A DNA stretch of 61,156 bases, the filler included, from Sluysia triapertura (Eukaryota): assembly GCA_046118255.1 (NCBI GenBank). It is 4 parts of 4 records of this genome, joined end to end, with 100 filler letters (N's around TTAATTAATTAA, not from the genome) between each part and the next. Parts side by side here need not be neighbours in the genome. Positions count along the whole stretch, not along the records: positions 1 to 21,874 come from JBJNIA010240659.1; 3 more parts are not named here. The stretch is one strand, 5' to 3'. Positions 1 to 11,806 of the stretch are shown piece after piece; the stretch's first letter is position 1; the number at the start of each line of letters is the position of its first letter. The notes under the pieces were generated by a model that was not told where the DNA came from, did not search any database, and saw nothing but the letters and a program-made list of their open reading frames with translations. The position numbers and the translations under genes were made by a program.

Positions 1-73
<73 letters not shown>
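1..73. repeat. (TAG)n microsatellite
   Basis: Perfect TAG repeat at the start of the window. Confidence 0.98.
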
Positions 74-74
<1 letters not shown>

Positions 75-1319
75 AATAAAATAAATAAGTCAATAAATCA
101 TGTTTACACTATAAAAATAAGATAATATTGTCGAAATATCAATAATTTAACATTGTTTATTTACTTTATTTCCTATTAAAATATTCTTATTTATTTGAGT
201 TAGTCGAAACTGTTACCATTATTTTAAAAATATTATTACATTTAATAAATAAATTGAACTACAACATAAACAATTTGTTTTACTGCATTTGTTATTTCAG
301 AAGCATTTGATATTTATTTCATTTAATGGAATGTGTACAAACTGCAAAGAAAATACCTTTTTAACAAATGTCATTGTAATTAATTTTTATCTGCATATTT
401 ACTAAAATTATACATTAATCAATTTTCATCAACATTTTAATTATCTCTTGAAATGTTATTTTCATAATTAAATAGCTCTAAATAAACAACATTGAAGTGT
501 TTATTTTGTTTACATATTCAAGAAGAAATAGATGGTCAATAATTGATTTTAACATTTATATTGATTATGTTTTGGTGAAAATGTAATTAAGAAATAAATA
601 ATCGATAAGGCAGTGGATGGAAGATATTCAGATCTGTGTGTGTTGTTGTGGAATTTATTCAACAATTAATGATGTAATTATTGATATTTATTTTAGAACA
701 AGTGACGAGCATTATACATCATTAATAAAGAGCTAATAAGACATTATGCAAAGTAGGCTTCCCTTCGCTGATTACTTAATTATTATGCTAATGACTTAAA
801 ACGTAAATATGCTATTTGAATATATTTATCGATTTATTTAAATTTTGATAATTAAAATTCCGGTAAAATAATAATAATTCTGCATATTATTACTGTCATC
901 ACAACTCTCTAAAACCATCCAAAATGCTTTAAAATCACGGAAAAAATAAATTATTTTTCGAAAAAAGAAAATTACCTTCAAAATATGGAATAAAGGCTTC
1001 TAGAATGATCTAGTCAGTACTGGTGGCACATCTATTTAGAAGCTGTTTGTGTTCCATGTTATCCATAAGTTCTTTTTATTAAGTCGGTACTAATAGTAAA
1101 ATATTAGTATCATAAAAAATATTTCTATTTTAAGTAATTATTTTGTAAGTTTCTTCGATATATTGAGGGTTAGAATCCAAGTAGAATTATTATTGTTAGA
1201 CTTCATAAAATTAATTTATCGCCAAGCAGTTTGGTTATTAAAAAACATGTATTAATATAATAGTTTTAGTCTCTTCTTTCTCTTTTTTTAGAGTATGACG
1301 GTAATCTTCTTTCTTCTAT

Positions 1320-2040
1320 TCAGGGACCTTGCAGAACATGGTTACGGTATGCGTTTTTCGAGGACTCCATAGCTAGCCTTAAGCACTGTCGTACTAGGGT
1401 CTTGATTTCGGTCTTATGGAAGTCAAGTGCCTTGAGAAGCCAGTCATTCTAGGGATCCATGACGAATGTATCCAGAGACACCTTTCACTTCAGTTGTTCC
1501 TGCAGTTTGTCCCGGATATCAGCATTGGTGGTTCGGGATATCTCGAAGTTTTTCGTCAGCTCCATGGGAGACCTGACATCAATCAAGAACAGTTGTGATG
1601 AAGAAGTATCGCAGGCTTGTATGTCAGGTCGTCGAGTGTCATCGATAATTGGCGTAGGCGAATCCTTGATGACAGAGAATCCATTCTGGATCATTTTGTC
1701 CACTTGGTACTTAAGGATTTTGGCTGTTCTGGTTGTGCTTGTGTGAGGACATAGACAGAGCACGTGTAGAAGGGATTCAGATTCGAAGCCACACCAACGG
1801 CATAATACTGACAGATGGAGACGCATGTTCTGTGGACTGAAATTAAGGCTAAGAATGTTGTTCCGGGCCTTGATCATAAATATCCATGCATTATTTTCCA
1901 GTTCCGGTGACAGGAATTTGTTGGAGAGTGGATAATGCATGAGACTGGATAATACCGTGGCACTTACAAGACTTCCAGATGTTGGTATTGCAAGTACTGA
2001 TCAGCTCCTATAGGTATTTGTGGTAGTGGTTAATGATGTG
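1320..2040 (-). mobile_element. 3' fragment of an RLE-type (R2 superfamily, NeSL/Utopia-like) non-LTR retrotransposon, degenerate
   Basis: ORF 1485-1940 contains AWIFMIKARNNILSLN, the CCHC knuckle CRWCGFESESLLHVLCLC, and restriction-like endonuclease motifs RRPDI...LFLIDVRSP. A frameshifted C-terminus (AMESSKNAYRNHVLQGP*) ends near 1320. No RT domain is present. Confidence 0.85.
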
Positions 2041-2190
2041 TTCAACTTTTCTAAGCTTGAATCAATTATAAAATTATTAAATTTACGGGTTCGCCTGTGA
2101 CACACGATTTATTTTTACGCGAAAGACGTGCTCACAGGATTTTTAGTGACAAGAGCTGCGCAAAAGAATTACTTATTACTTGAATGCGAT
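2040..2190 (-). repeat. ~150-bp dispersed repeat, inverted copy of 33409-33564
   Basis: The reverse complement (...cctgtgagcacgtctttcgcgtaaaaataaatcgt...aaaaagttgaa) aligns with cctgtgggtacgtctttcacgtaatataaatcgt...aaaaagttgaa at ~33467-33563. Confidence 0.85.
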
Positions 2191-4190
2191 TTCTTAGTTG
2201 TTACTACTTCGGTATATTTTAACAGATCTTAATGTAACTTCTTGTATTTAATAATTATTCGATTAAATTCTAAAAAGAATGAAATTATACAACTTTACCA
2301 AATATATTATTTAAAATTACGATTTTTTGTAACTTATGAAACAAATATATCACTTAAAATTATAACTCTTTGCAATTAAGAAAAAACTTCTAAAAACGAA
2401 TGTATCTATTTTTTAAACACAACAAATAAAAAAATTATATAATAATGTTAAAAATATAAATATATAAATATAAAACTTCAGGATTTCTCCTTGATAAACA
2501 AATGTTAAATTTTGAATAGGATTTTGACTCAGGCAAATGCTTGAGATTTTGAAATAAATGAATGATTTTACGTTGATTTTAAGGCAACTTATTTATGCCA
2601 GAACCTTACAAAAATGAACATACTTATTCATGGAATTGTTAAGTAATTGTTAAATTCTAATATCTGCAATCGTATTAAATTCTAATACCTGCAATCGATC
2701 CACATCCAAATAATGTCTGCGAACAATCCACGCATCCAATAAAAATCGTAAATCGCGTTACTATTGTTATTATTATGGTTATGCCTTGTGGTGAATTTCG
2801 CTATACCTTTTATATGATTTTTTGTTGATGAGTTCCATGAATAAATAAATAATTTCGTTTTTAATATAAATAATTACGTTTTTTACAAAATTAGATAATG
2901 AGTTCACTGGTAATTCAAATAATTAATAATATAAATAAGTGAATAATAATATAAATAAATCTTTATTTCAACCTTTAAACTTTTCGACCTTCGATATTAA
3001 TGATTTATTAAATTTTTAAACTTTTTGATCTTTGATATTTAATTAAAATGAATGATTTAATTTACAATTACATTTTTATTTATTAAAAATTAGTTAACAA
3101 TAAATTTTCATTTAATTTATAAAAATTTCTTTTAAATTTATAAAATTTATTTACAAAATGTTCAATCAATTTTACATTATTTACAATATAAATATTTATT
3201 ATTCCAAAGATTAACTAAACAACTATTTTAAAAATGTTAAATTCAGGCTCAATGCCTTTAACAAAACTTAAAAAATTAATCCGAACAAAATATTTAAATA
3301 ACGAACAATTTAATATTCAACAAAATAATGAAAAAGAATAAAATACATAAATACATGAATTAGTCAGATAATCTGTATATATATGTAATCTCGTTAGAAT
3401 AATAAATTTTTATTCAAATATTTATCATAATCAGATGCTGTTTCACTATTATTAAGTTCATCGTTTACTGATAAATCATTATTCAGATAAGACTGAAATG
3501 ATAATAAATTATACTGTTGCTTTTAGTTTTCTTCGAAACCGAGCTGATCTAATATTACAAATATAAATTATAATAAATGATATTTCAATATAATTAAAAT
3601 ATAATGTTCTCTATTTATTTAATAAAATAATTTCATTACATTATAAGTTACACTTCAAATGAACACGAAATCCAAAATACTTTAATAATTGGACAAAATA
3701 ATTAAAACTTTTTAATAATTTAAAGTAACTAATATTTGTTACATTCATTAATTAAGACTGATACTGTAATAGGTTACTTCATTACCACCTTTATTTAAAT
3801 TAATTGAGAATTCAAAACGTATCTCAAGCTTTTCAAATTTTTTTCCTTTGTACAATTTAAAAAAAAATTATCTATAAAAAAATAATGCCAATATCTTTGT
3901 CGCTTATGAATACCGTATTATTATATCTTAGTGATATTTGAATTAACCACATTAAAACAATGAATAATTTAGATGCATAAAACCATAATTATATAAATAA
4001 TAATACTCAGTAATACTCAAAGCACCTGGTTTCCTTTTTGCGTTTCAACGGATCATATTTATTATCACTCATTTATTTTAGAAAACAGAAACACACATCA
4101 AAAGTGAACTATGCATGTATTGAAACATGAATTACACAAATTAAATCTGAAATACAGAAAATAAATAAACAATGGTATTCATGAAGACAA

Positions 4191-4460
4191 TTAATAACAC
4201 CGTACTAGAATGAGTAATAAGAAATCATCTCTACCATAGTCTGGAGTTAGAAGTGGTGATGAATCTACTAAAAGTTTATGTGAAAATGAGCATGGTGGAA
4301 ATATGTGCAAAACACCGTATCCATTTGTTTCATCAGTATTGGCTTGTAAAGTTACTTTCCCTGCCGATTGTTTTATTCGTAAATATGCTGATAATGCTTT
4401 TAAGTGACGCTTTGTCCACTGCGATATATTTTGATTAGCTTCTTTGGTTCGATTGTTAAT
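4191..4460 (-). CDS. RBM15: Terminal exon of an RBM15/spenito-family gene (C-terminal half of the SPOC domain)
   Basis: After the tttag acceptor, phase 0: ...KRHLKALSAYLRIKQSAGKVTLQANTDETNGYGVLHIFPPCSFSHKLL...DDFLLLILVRCY*. This fits the RBM15/Nito SPOC C-terminus pattern (RPLRNLVSYLKQKxAAGVISL...GVLxAFPPCxFS...EDxLVxxxVRG). It is missing from the ORF track. Confidence 0.85.
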   Translation of the reverse strand: MNNRTKEANQNISQWTKRHLKALSAYLRIKQSAGKVTLQANTDETNGYGVLHIFPPCSFSHKLLVDSSPLLTPDYGRDDFLLLILVRCY

Positions 4461-4496
4461 CTAAATAGTAAAAAAATAATTAAGTTTTTAATTTTA

Positions 4497-5120
4497 CTTC
4501 AGTATTAATAAGTGTATTATAAAGAATTGAAAACTATCCGTGCGAAGAAATGATTTTGATTAGCTGAAAATAAAATTAATTAAAAGTTTAAACATTAAAA
4601 TGAGGAAAAACTTTATATTTAACACAATGAATGATCAAAGAGGCTTTAAAACCGTGAGTCTTTATTTGGAAAATTAAGCACGTTAATATTATTAAGAGAT
4701 CATAAAATCTCAATAATCATCAGTATTAAAAATGATGATTTATCAAAAAGCAAAGTAATTTAATAAATTTTTTTATAATTGTTAATATTTTTAAATTTTT
4801 GATGCTTACAAAAAGTTTACAAGTGTTTCTTAACGTATTCGAAATTCGTTTAATACATATTTTCTTTCATCGATTTTTACTCATATGTCCTAAGCACGAA
4901 TTATTTTATTGCTAAAAATCATGCAGTTAAAAATTAAAAAAATTACTCTGTACAAAAATTTCTTTGTTTTGCACAGGAATTAGCATATGCCCGAAAGCAG
5001 ATGATTTTTTTATTATAATTTCGAATAATCCATATTTTTAAAAGCTGTTTAGTAAAGAACTCAAGGCATGATATCGCCATATGTTCGTCATATACTGGTA
5101 GGGAAAGGCACCACCGATCT
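4497..5120 (-). pseudogene. Upstream SPOC-domain exons of the RBM15-like gene, disrupted
   Basis: FTKQLLKIW + (1-nt shift) EIIIKKSSAFGHM resembles the SPOC N-terminal W-x-G-x-L-L-L-K-N-S strand. Short GT..AG introns of ~34-36 nt are visible, but the intervening segments have in-frame stops. Confidence 0.5.
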
Positions 5121-6885
5121 AAATAAATAGTAACAAGGTTCAATATCATAAATATATAGTAGCGTAGAAAGTACATAGGACCCGTCTTTATCCTTAAATT
5201 GTTTATCTGATTTGTTTATCAAAAATACCCCGTTTTGATTCACTAAAGTTAAACAGTAAGATTTCGTCGGGTTTTGATTAAAACTTGAAATAAATTATGT
5301 AATTATAAAAATACTATTTTAAATCATTAAAGGCATTATTTGAAACTCAATTATATATAGAAATACAGAGAAAATCCTCGACAAATTAAACAATTAAAAT
5401 ACCAAGGCCTAATCTATAAAAAAGTAATTTTGGTTAGTTTATTACTTAGTTCATTAATGAGATAATACCGTAACTTGTATAGATCTACAGAAATGTTTTA
5501 GAATCAATCCAAGTAATAAATTTAAATAAATGTTTACGCAAATATTTAAATAATTAAATGCCACTTATGATTGTGCTCACGGTAACACTCAAATATCAAA
5601 CAAATTTCAACGATGTTTTCACAAGTTATATTTAGATAATTGCTTTCGGTCAAATTAAATGTAAAAACTAAACACTTGAGCATGAAAACACTAGAGAATT
5701 GCGAAAAATTGTATACATTGTACTGAGATTATATTAAAAATCGTAATACACAAAGTTACGTGACATTGTCCAATTCGTGTGTATTGTTTTTAATGCCAGA
5801 TTTAAATTAACAAATTTCATTCTTCAAAATAAAACTAAAAATTTAATGAATTTTAAATATGTAAAATTTAGACCATGACTAAAATAAAGACGTGATTGAT
5901 ATTGACAAAAATAATGATTACTAATATACATAATATTATTAAAATAACAGAAAAATAATAACTGAATTGATAAAATGGTTAAAAATAAATATTTGAAATC
6001 AAAGTCAGAAACTCCAAAATGCTAAAGCAAAGTTAAAGTACAAAATATAGAATGTTGTATGTATTATTAAACAGAATATCAAACCTTAGAATATTTATTT
6101 ATAAACAAGGAACAAAAAGGCTTGTTCATTCATTAATAACAAATAATATAGATTGTACTCAATTTCATAAGTAAAAGGGGAAAAATTGTAATTACTCTGG
6201 AATAAACCAGCAAGACAGCATAAATAAACTAGTTACACAAAAACTAGTTGCACAGTCACATTCAAAATGGACCAATCAATTATTTCATACAAGCAATCAA
6301 ATTAGCTTGGTAACCAATGCATGTTTGAACCTGAAATACTTTCTCTCCAGTATTAGCTTTTTAATAATAATAAAATTAATTATTCATAAAAATATTTTCA
6401 AATATGGCTACCAAAAGTGTGTTGCATGCTCCGATCCAATCAAATGTGAATTGACTACTTCAGTGCCACATACGTTCACGGGCTAACATATTGCTCCTGT
6501 ATTGACAATCCCGATACATTCACATGCTGTTTAACTACAATGACTAGACCGTTAGGTTCACCGGCTTCCCATGTTGATCAACAATAATTATCACATCAAT
6601 CATAATATATTAAATTATTATTCAATTATAAGTTACTAAATTAAAATAAGTAAAAAATTAGGCATTTTTGTAAGGTGTTTTCTATTTTATTAGTCGCGCA
6701 AGGGGTTAAAAGTCAGAATATCTCAATTAATGTTAAGATATCAAATTAAAAAGAACGTACAGTTATAATCAAACAATCAATAAAGTTTTATTAAAATTTT
6801 TTACAATATAATGTCTGAACATAGTATGTTTGCAGTAGTCAACCCATTAAATAAGTCATATAACTACAAACAACTGTATCACATA

Positions 6886-7193
6886 TGTGATGGCCGGGTT
6901 TGTCATCAAATTTTTCTTTACGTTAATACGGAAGTTAAATTGTGGGGAATGTGTGGTAGCTTAATTTTTGAATTTAAATACACTAGTAAATTTTATTATT
7001 GTTCGTTAAATATTATTGTTCTTAAATTTAAATACATTAGCGTTTATTGTTACGTGTTCTTACCTGATTTAAATTATAAATTTAATTTACAATTTCGCCA
7101 CGACTATAAGGACCTTAAGTCCATTTTTCGTAATTTTAAATCCTTAAATTTTTATTTTAAAATTTATAACTACAATATATACCGGCCATCACA
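6886..7193 (+). repeat. 5' LTR (308 bp)
   Basis: TG...CA ends with a perfect 12-bp terminal inverted repeat, TGTGATGGCCGG / CCGGCCATCACA, followed 1 nt later by the PBS. Confidence 0.9.
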
Positions 7194-7194
7194 A

Positions 7195-7205
7195 TGGTGT
7201 CAGGA
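7195..7205 (+). promoter_or_regulatory. Primer-binding site, probably tRNA-Leu
   Basis: TGGTGTCAGGA directly after the LTR. TGGTGTCAG also follows the second LTR at 19476. Confidence 0.8.
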
Positions 7206-7700
7206 GAAAAGCACTTGTAAAACCACCACGCATTTCCCTTTCAATTACACTTCACCTTATATCCAATTCAAACAGGGAACAGGCGATACTCCCGGAAGTA
7301 AAGTAATTTTCTATGTAATTTTTAATGATATTTTTGATATTATTTTTAAAATTACCTTTCAAATTATTTTTAAAATAACAAATAACAAAATCTCCATTCA
7401 ATTTAGTACGTCACAATCAACAATGACGCCCTCAATCATGAATTTACATTTACCTTTATATATTCAAAGTATAAACTGTATAAAAAAAAGTATAACCTTT
7501 TTCAAAATGTACCTGATGCTTCTAGTGGTAAAGCACATAATACTATAATTTTAACGCTTTCTAAACATAAATTTTCATTACTATTACAAAGAAAAAATGC
7601 AAATTCAAATCAATTAGAACAAATCTATAAATTATGTATTTTTAATAATTATCCATACGGTCCCCATAAACCGAACATTCCTACTAAAACGGTACTTCAT

Positions 7701-9854
7701 TTGAATATACTTGGTCTAAACCCAGTTAAAGCTGGAATTTTGTATTCAAATTTCAATAATTTTAATAGTTTAACTTCTGTTTATATAATCGAAATTAAAC
7801 TGAATTTAAATGCTCCCAGCCATCACGGCTTTACTTCAAATCTAAACCAAATTAGAAATGATCTTAAACCCCTTAAGTTATTTTCAAAACACCCACTCAA
7901 TACATCAAATTGTTTAAATACCAATAACTCAACACAACATAACCTACAACATCTTATACCCACAACGATTCTCACACACTCAACAATTACCCAACTTACT
8001 AACTACACATGCTCCAACTTTACATCCTTACACACCCCACACTTAATCACTTCAACCTTCATACAACATCATTTCACGACCAATAGCATTAACAATCAAA
8101 ATCACACATTAACGAAAACTAGACACAAACACAAATCATACTCACGTACAACAGAAGACTCATGTCAAACGCACCGACTTCACATACAAAATACCTCTGA
8201 CCTCACGGCACATTCACCTCATCAAAATCGTCACTCAAACACTTATATGCAAAGCAAAATTTCCTCCCACAACCGTAAGTGGAATTACAAAAATAATGAC
8301 AAGATTATACCTTACGGCTTTACTGTAACCAACATAAACTTACCCATTTACACTTCTTCACGCTACTCTTCAAAGAACATCACGCCCAGCAATAAACAAA
8401 AACGCACAAACATCATACCAACTAACAACTCTGTAGCTTCACCATTAATATGCACATCGTCCACGCCAATCATACCTGAGAAGCCAAATTTTAAATCAAT
8501 TCTTAAACAACCCAATAACATGAATACCAAAAACACTACGACTAAACATCTTAAGCAACATACCACCCAACCAAAACACGTTCAATGGGCACTTCATACT
8601 AACAAAATTTACACAATTCCATCCAATACAAAACCACATAAGACAAGGAACATTGGCAAGTGCACTGTTACAAACACTACGGACCGAAGTCATTTATTGC
8701 ACCTTATCAACCAATTTAATAAGGACTTAGGACAAATACGCTTCGACATAACACAATACTCTACGAGTATTAATTCACCATCAAACCAACTCCCACATAA
8801 CAACATTACATCAAACTCTAACAAACATACAACTCCATCACGACAAGTTGAACATACTTCACCACAAAAACAAACCACAACGCCAAAGATACACTACAAA
8901 AACTTTGTCCATCATCAAACATCTAATACAAACTCAACACATAAACCCTTCCGCACAAGTCAAAAACATTTAACTACACATAATATCGGTAACAACAAAA
9001 TCAATACAAATAAATGCCCGGTACAGATCACACGCGCATCTCCTTCGCACGCACAACCCAGCAATCACAAATCATTTCAAGCATTAAAAATACAACCATT
9101 ACCTACATCACACCAGGTAAAACTATCACTAAGAATCATCATCAAACACCCAACGAGAGTAATGGAATTATTAGCTATGGCTTCGCCGTTGCCACCCGTA
9201 CCATAAGTAATCACTCAACTAATAAATTGACGCTCCGCCAAGGGAGCGACAGGGTCCTTTCTCAAACTAATTCATTATACAAACCCTTTCCCCACTGTGT
9301 TTGGGCGCCAACGAGATACCTCTCCAACCCAGGTATATCTTACGCTCAGGTTTGTAAGAAGAATATCGTCAATAGATCCCAACTCAACATACAAAAAACA
9401 TCAAACAAACCTGCAGCAGAACACAGTCAGATCTATCCAGTCCAGTACGACAATATTAAATCACAAAACAACCAGCCCAGAACAATTTCCTTACATGACT
9501 GCAGACCAAGACAACATTCTAAGTCAGTGAGACAAACTTCCCAAATTCACAAACGCGGACACCCGGAAACTTCAATAAAATCAACACAGTACCCGCACCA
9601 AATCAAGACTCCAATCACAATTAACAGCGGTTTCGAATACAGTGACTGCAACGACGCCATAGTTATTAAGATAAAATGCGTCGCTTGCTCCCTTAGGATA
9701 ACTAGGAAACTCTGCCCAGGGCCCAGGTTAAGACGCTATACGACGTCACTAACCACAAGGATGTTTGGTTCTCTAACAAGACCAAGCCACTCCGGGAGAA
9801 CTTATCCTTATGCGATTATAGTATTTTTGACGGGGCTATAATCGCAATTACACA
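7701..9854 (+). CDS. Long H/T/N/K-rich coding region upstream of (probably once fused to) Gag; carries SILK and KHVQW motifs; frameshifted
   Basis: A 501-codon ORF overlaps a 275-codon ORF. An IIxYGF motif occurs in both. Protein-level conservation is visible against the copy at 19725-20870. Confidence 0.7.
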
Positions 9855-9857
9855 TAA

Positions 9858-10760
9858 GCTACCCGGCGTTCCGACGTTGATGCCGAAGACCCACTGGCCG
9901 AGAATAAGGCACAAAAGAAAACCCCATCCTGTGACACACCTTTCTTCACAGATGAAAACGGGTCCCCAAATACTTGGTTTTTGGTGGTCGAGTCACACTT
10001 CAAAAGGAATCAAGTGCGAAGACAGACCACCAAGTTCCACCAATTATTGCCGCTCTTACCGCAACCCCTTTTAACTAAATTGAGTAACAAAATCCCAACT
10101 TGCCTACAATCCGTCAATGCATATGACGATCTAAAAGAAGTCATACTGCAACATTACCGCCCAGACACACAGAAGGTGTTCCAAGACTATTTTAAGAAAC
10201 AATCGCTCGAAACCTTTCGCCATCAGAGTTTTTATCTAAAATTAAAACCGATCTACTCCTATTTGGATGCGATAAGGACGAAAACCATGACGTCCTCAAA
10301 AGGTTATTTCTCGACGCCATGCCAGACATAGTCAAGGCAGTCCTGGCCGTCAGTCGCACCACGGATATTGACGATCTGGCCCTCTTGGCCGACAATATTC
10401 TAATACAATGGCGTACCGACCACCCAGACAAAATAAATTTAATGCAGGGCACACCAAGTATACAAGCCTCACCAGCTGTCACATAAAATAGTGCGCTCGA
10501 AGCCATGTCCCAGAGAATCGACGCACTAACCACTCAGATGGACGAAATAACTAAGATACTTTCGATAAGTCTCCTTGCCAAACAAGAAAAAGTATCTTTC
10601 AAACGGAACTCACCCAACAATTCTAGGCAATCTTCCGTATCACGAAAATCGTCCAGTAATCTTAGGAAATTCAACGGTATCTGCTATTATCACAATAAGT
10701 TCCAGCAAAAGGCCAAATGCTGCGTACTAGGGTGCAGATACCCAAATAAACTTAATACTC
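9858..10760 (+). pseudogene. gag: gag, frameshifted
   Basis: Gag capsid-like motifs and the CHCC knuckle are spread over shifted frames. There is no ATG at the start of the Gag-homologous frame. Confidence 0.88.
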
Positions 10761-10899
10761 TGCGCATAAAAACATATGCATCTACCATGCATACTTTAAA
10801 GATCTGGCCAAAAAATGCATGTATGGCTGTAATCATTTTAATTCATTCAATGCGCCACAAAAAAATGAATATGCCAATGGTCGTTGCGGCCCGACCTAC

Positions 10900-11806
10900 A
10901 CAATTGGCGTTTAACAGCATCTTCTCAGTGCCGTTAACATTCGTTAACTCCCAATACTCCAAACTGGATTTTCTAATTGATACCGGGGCTGCTGTATCAG
11001 TTATCCCTAACGGTATAGTAAAAAATACAGCACAGACCCGATCATATCTAACAGCAGCCAACGGAACGACGTGGCTTGTTTCGGTTCTCTAGAACTTGAA
11101 TTTACAATACCCCAGTTCGCTGAAATATTCAAATGGAATTTTTCAATAGCTGCAGTTCAACAGCTAATTTTGGGAGCGGATTTCCTCAGCTATTATAAGC
11201 TGCTCGTGGACTGCAGAACTAAAACATTAGGCAAAAGCTCTGGACAAGTGTCCCACATAAAAATTGACCTACAGAGCCTCAATGAAACAAATGTCATTTC
11301 TTATGTGGAGCAGGCCTACCCCGAATTACTCAGTCAACAATTCAATTCGAAACATGTGCCTAGCTCAGAGCATTTTATCAATACTCTCCCAACCCCACCT
11401 TGGAGACAACGCAGGAGAGAACTATCACAGAAAATCCGTGCACAAGCAGAGTCGGAATTCCTTGACATGGAAAAACAATGAATTGCGGCGATCTTCGTCC
11501 CCTTGGGCCGCACCTCTGCAAATCGTCAAGAAAAAAGACGGTAACATTCGGATATGCGGCGATTACAGAATGTTGAATAAGATAACAATACCCGACGCAT
11601 ATCCGATGCCCCTCATAACGGATATACTACATAGGTTTTCTGGATGCAGCATTTTTTCTTCAATTGACCTCGCAAAGGCCTACCACCAAATACCGGTGCA
11701 CGACTCTGATATACCCAAAACAGCTGTTGCCACTCCATTTGGTCTTTTTGAGTATATCAGAATGCCTTTCGGTCTAAGGAATGCTGCACAGACTCTTCAA
11801 CGATAC
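10900..11806 (+). pseudogene. pol: pol fragment (aspartic protease + N-terminal RT)
   Basis: DTGA protease motif, ILGADFL, and RT motifs up to PFGLRNAAQTLQRY, then an abrupt end. Confidence 0.95.

Larger units (their letters stand above)
6886..11806 (+). mobile_element. Ty3/Gypsy LTR retrotransposon with CHCC-type Gag (CsRn1-like), 3'-truncated inside RT and degenerate
   Basis: 5' LTR, PBS, long upstream ORF, Gag (PFFTDENGSPNTWFLVVESHF...TKF...YDDLKEVIL...LFLDAMP...LALLAD; CYYHNKFQQKAKCCVLGC), protease FLIDTGAAVSVIP and RT motifs SPWAAP, CGDYRMLN, IDLAKAYHQI, TPFGLFEYIRMPFGLRNA. It stops before YxDD and has several frameshifts. Confidence 0.95.

Noticed and set aside
1-73. (TAG)n as a telomere
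   Set aside because: It is a trinucleotide microsatellite like others in the window and not a known telomeric unit.
4253-4438. 61-aa plus-strand ORF
   Set aside because: It is antisense to the RBM15-like SPOC exon.
6690-6709. piggyBac-like end (GCAAGGGG-TTAA)
   Set aside because: No matching opposite TIR or transposase remnant was found.
6811-7548. 245-aa ORF as a gene
   Set aside because: It spans flank, LTR, PBS and leader, has F/Y/I/K/N-biased composition, and is not conserved in copy 2.
8363-8878. Antisense ORFs in the Gypsy leader; likewise 10192-10533, 12635-12934, 40991-41374 and 54596-54871
   Set aside because: They are shadows of coding sequence on the opposite strand with no independent motifs.
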